Below are positions 62,410 through 64,000 of a DNA stretch of 64,000 bases, piece after piece (the first letter of the stretch is position 1; every line of letters begins with the position of its first letter). Source of the DNA: Takakia lepidozioides (Eukaryota; Plantae; Bryophyta); assembly GCA_030704615.1 (NCBI GenBank), contig CM060733.1:74276001-74340000 (forward strand), given 5' to 3'. The position numbers and the translations under genes were made by a program. The notes under the pieces are model-generated. The model did no database searches, had not been told where the DNA came from, and saw only the letters and a program-made list of their open reading frames with translations.

Positions 62410-63800
62410 GTCTGTGCCGATTACCTCTCCAACACCCCGGAGAATACAGAGATTGTGGATGCCGCACTGGATGCAAATCTGGCAGTATGCAAGACAAAAT
62501 GGCACTCAAAGATTGCCAAGTATAGTTCAATATGTGATCCAACCCTTGGCGACGGGTTTCTTTTCGAGATAACAACATACTACAACAAGTTGCGCGCCCT
62601 GGACAGAGCGGAGATGACTCTTGAGAAACCTCAGATGGTTGCCACTAGCCTCGTTTCTGCGGATGCGAAGATTGGGTGGTTGAAATTGTGGAATCTGCCG
62701 CCAGCCAACAGGAATATCTTCCCGGTGTCACCAACGGCCAAGGAATTCAGTGATTGGGTGGACAAAGCCACTTAGTGGTGGCAAGCATTCTATTCTTCAC
62801 CACATGAATATGCAGTTCTGGAAGTCGGCATAGACTTGCAATGGCTTTGCATCAAAATGTTAATAATCTGATTGTGTTGTGGATATTGGAGGGCCATGCT
62901 GACAGTCCTTGTTGTTTGCAGCAAATGCAAGAGGTGGAGAGGGAACTGGGCTATCTTATCAGGGACAAGGTTTTGGCGGTGCGTCAGACGGACGACATGA
63001 AGGGATTGCTCAAGTGGATTGAGCATTTCATGGTCGAGTACTGGAACGAGCTTTTCCACTGCAAGATGGTGGAGGGCCCACGCAGGAGCTGGGGTGTCCT
63101 TGGCAGCCAGGGGGGATGCAGCCTACGCGTCGAGTGTCTATGTACAGGTATGACAATGCACACCCTGTGTTGTTTTTCTAGAGGTGGTAGTTGGGAAGTC
63201 TGCACAGATTTTCTGAGAGGATGCTGACTATGGCAAAAGTCTGTGCCAATTTCTGAATGTGCAATGCCTCACTTTTTTCAGGTACATCGACTTCTACCTT
63301 CCGCCCAACAAACACATTCAAGCTATTTCGGCAATGGTTTCTTAGTGGGCAGGTACACGGGCTGAATGCACCATGTACAATAGTAAGCAGATTACAGAGT
63401 ACGTGCAGTCCTCCCATTTGCAATGTTATTGGTGGTGGGACTGCCCACCCACCTTCATCCCTGTAGAGGAAGCAGAAGCATACAAGATGCTAGCTTCAGG
63501 TGAAGAAATACCACCCCCACCTGGACAACCCGCCAGCGAGACCACGAGGGCAGAAGCCCACAATGTCGCTGTCGCTCATCTTGAGCACACCACAGAGGCC
63601 CTTCTAGCAGAGGCGGCTTCCAAAAAGGGCCGCACCAGGAAGCAAAAGCCCAAGAAGGCACTTGAAGAGTCGGCGAGTAGTCATCTCTAGCCAAACAGGC
63701 CAGAGCCCAGAGGGAGAAAAGCCAGGAGGGGGCGGATGAGACAGAGGACGTGCAGGTGGTGGAAGCCGAACAGGTTCAAGAGCATGGCAGAACGGGGATC
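62410..63800 (+). pseudogene. Middle exons of another copy of the ParB-MTase cargo gene
   Basis: TPE...ICDPTLGDGFLFEITTYY..MTLEK...SLVSADAKIGWLKLWN..FSDWVDKAT matches 24712-25150. The exon from 63282 (YIDFYL..H...W...MY...HLQCYWWWD) resembles the exon at 596 and has the same CAG|GTAC acceptor phase. Confidence 0.68.
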
Positions 63801-64000
63801 ACCGAGCATTTGGATGGCATGGACCTAGCAAATGCACGGCGTGGCCCTAGCAGGAGTCTCGTTTTTCCTCAGGGGGTGGTCCTAGTTCGAGAGTACCCAA
63901 GTCAATGGGCAATAGATGCGATACTCTTTGTCGCAAGAAAATGCGCGCACATGCTCAGGTAGGATGGTAGAGAGAAGCACAACATCGAATGATTTTGCTT

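Overview
Eukaryotic, entirely repeat-derived DNA. GT-AG introns, PLS-type PPR remnants and the retroelement lineages point to a seed-free land plant, though that is inference. No intact host gene is evident. The window is a nest of four kinds of element. (1) At least five degraded pieces of one Mutator-like (MULE) DNA-transposon family. Its transposase has a WRKY/GCM1-like Zn region, a DDE core and SWIM, and one copy is intact after splicing (27735-31160). It sits head-to-head with a second multi-exon gene. Pieced together from four partial copies, that gene encodes an N-terminal ParB/Srx-like domain (DGNHR), a helical middle region and a C-terminal beta-class N4C/N6A DNA-methyltransferase-like domain. 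These elements carry arrays of long palindromes with subfamily-specific compensatory changes. This transposase + ParB-MTase + palindrome-array unit is the best candidate for an undescribed system. (2) Two copies of a Dualen/RandI-like LINE that together show APE, RT, chromodomain, RNase H, CCHC and restriction-like endonuclease, plus a 2A-like peptide. (3) A full-length Galadriel-like chromovirus (11743-19012, TSD GACCA) and two fragments of it. (4) A non-chromovirus Ty3/gypsy element (49127-56149, TSD GAATC) with an extra F-box-like ORF. Separate F-box-only micro-ORFs and scrambled PPR repeats are also present. All domain calls come from motif recognition by eye; no searches were run.
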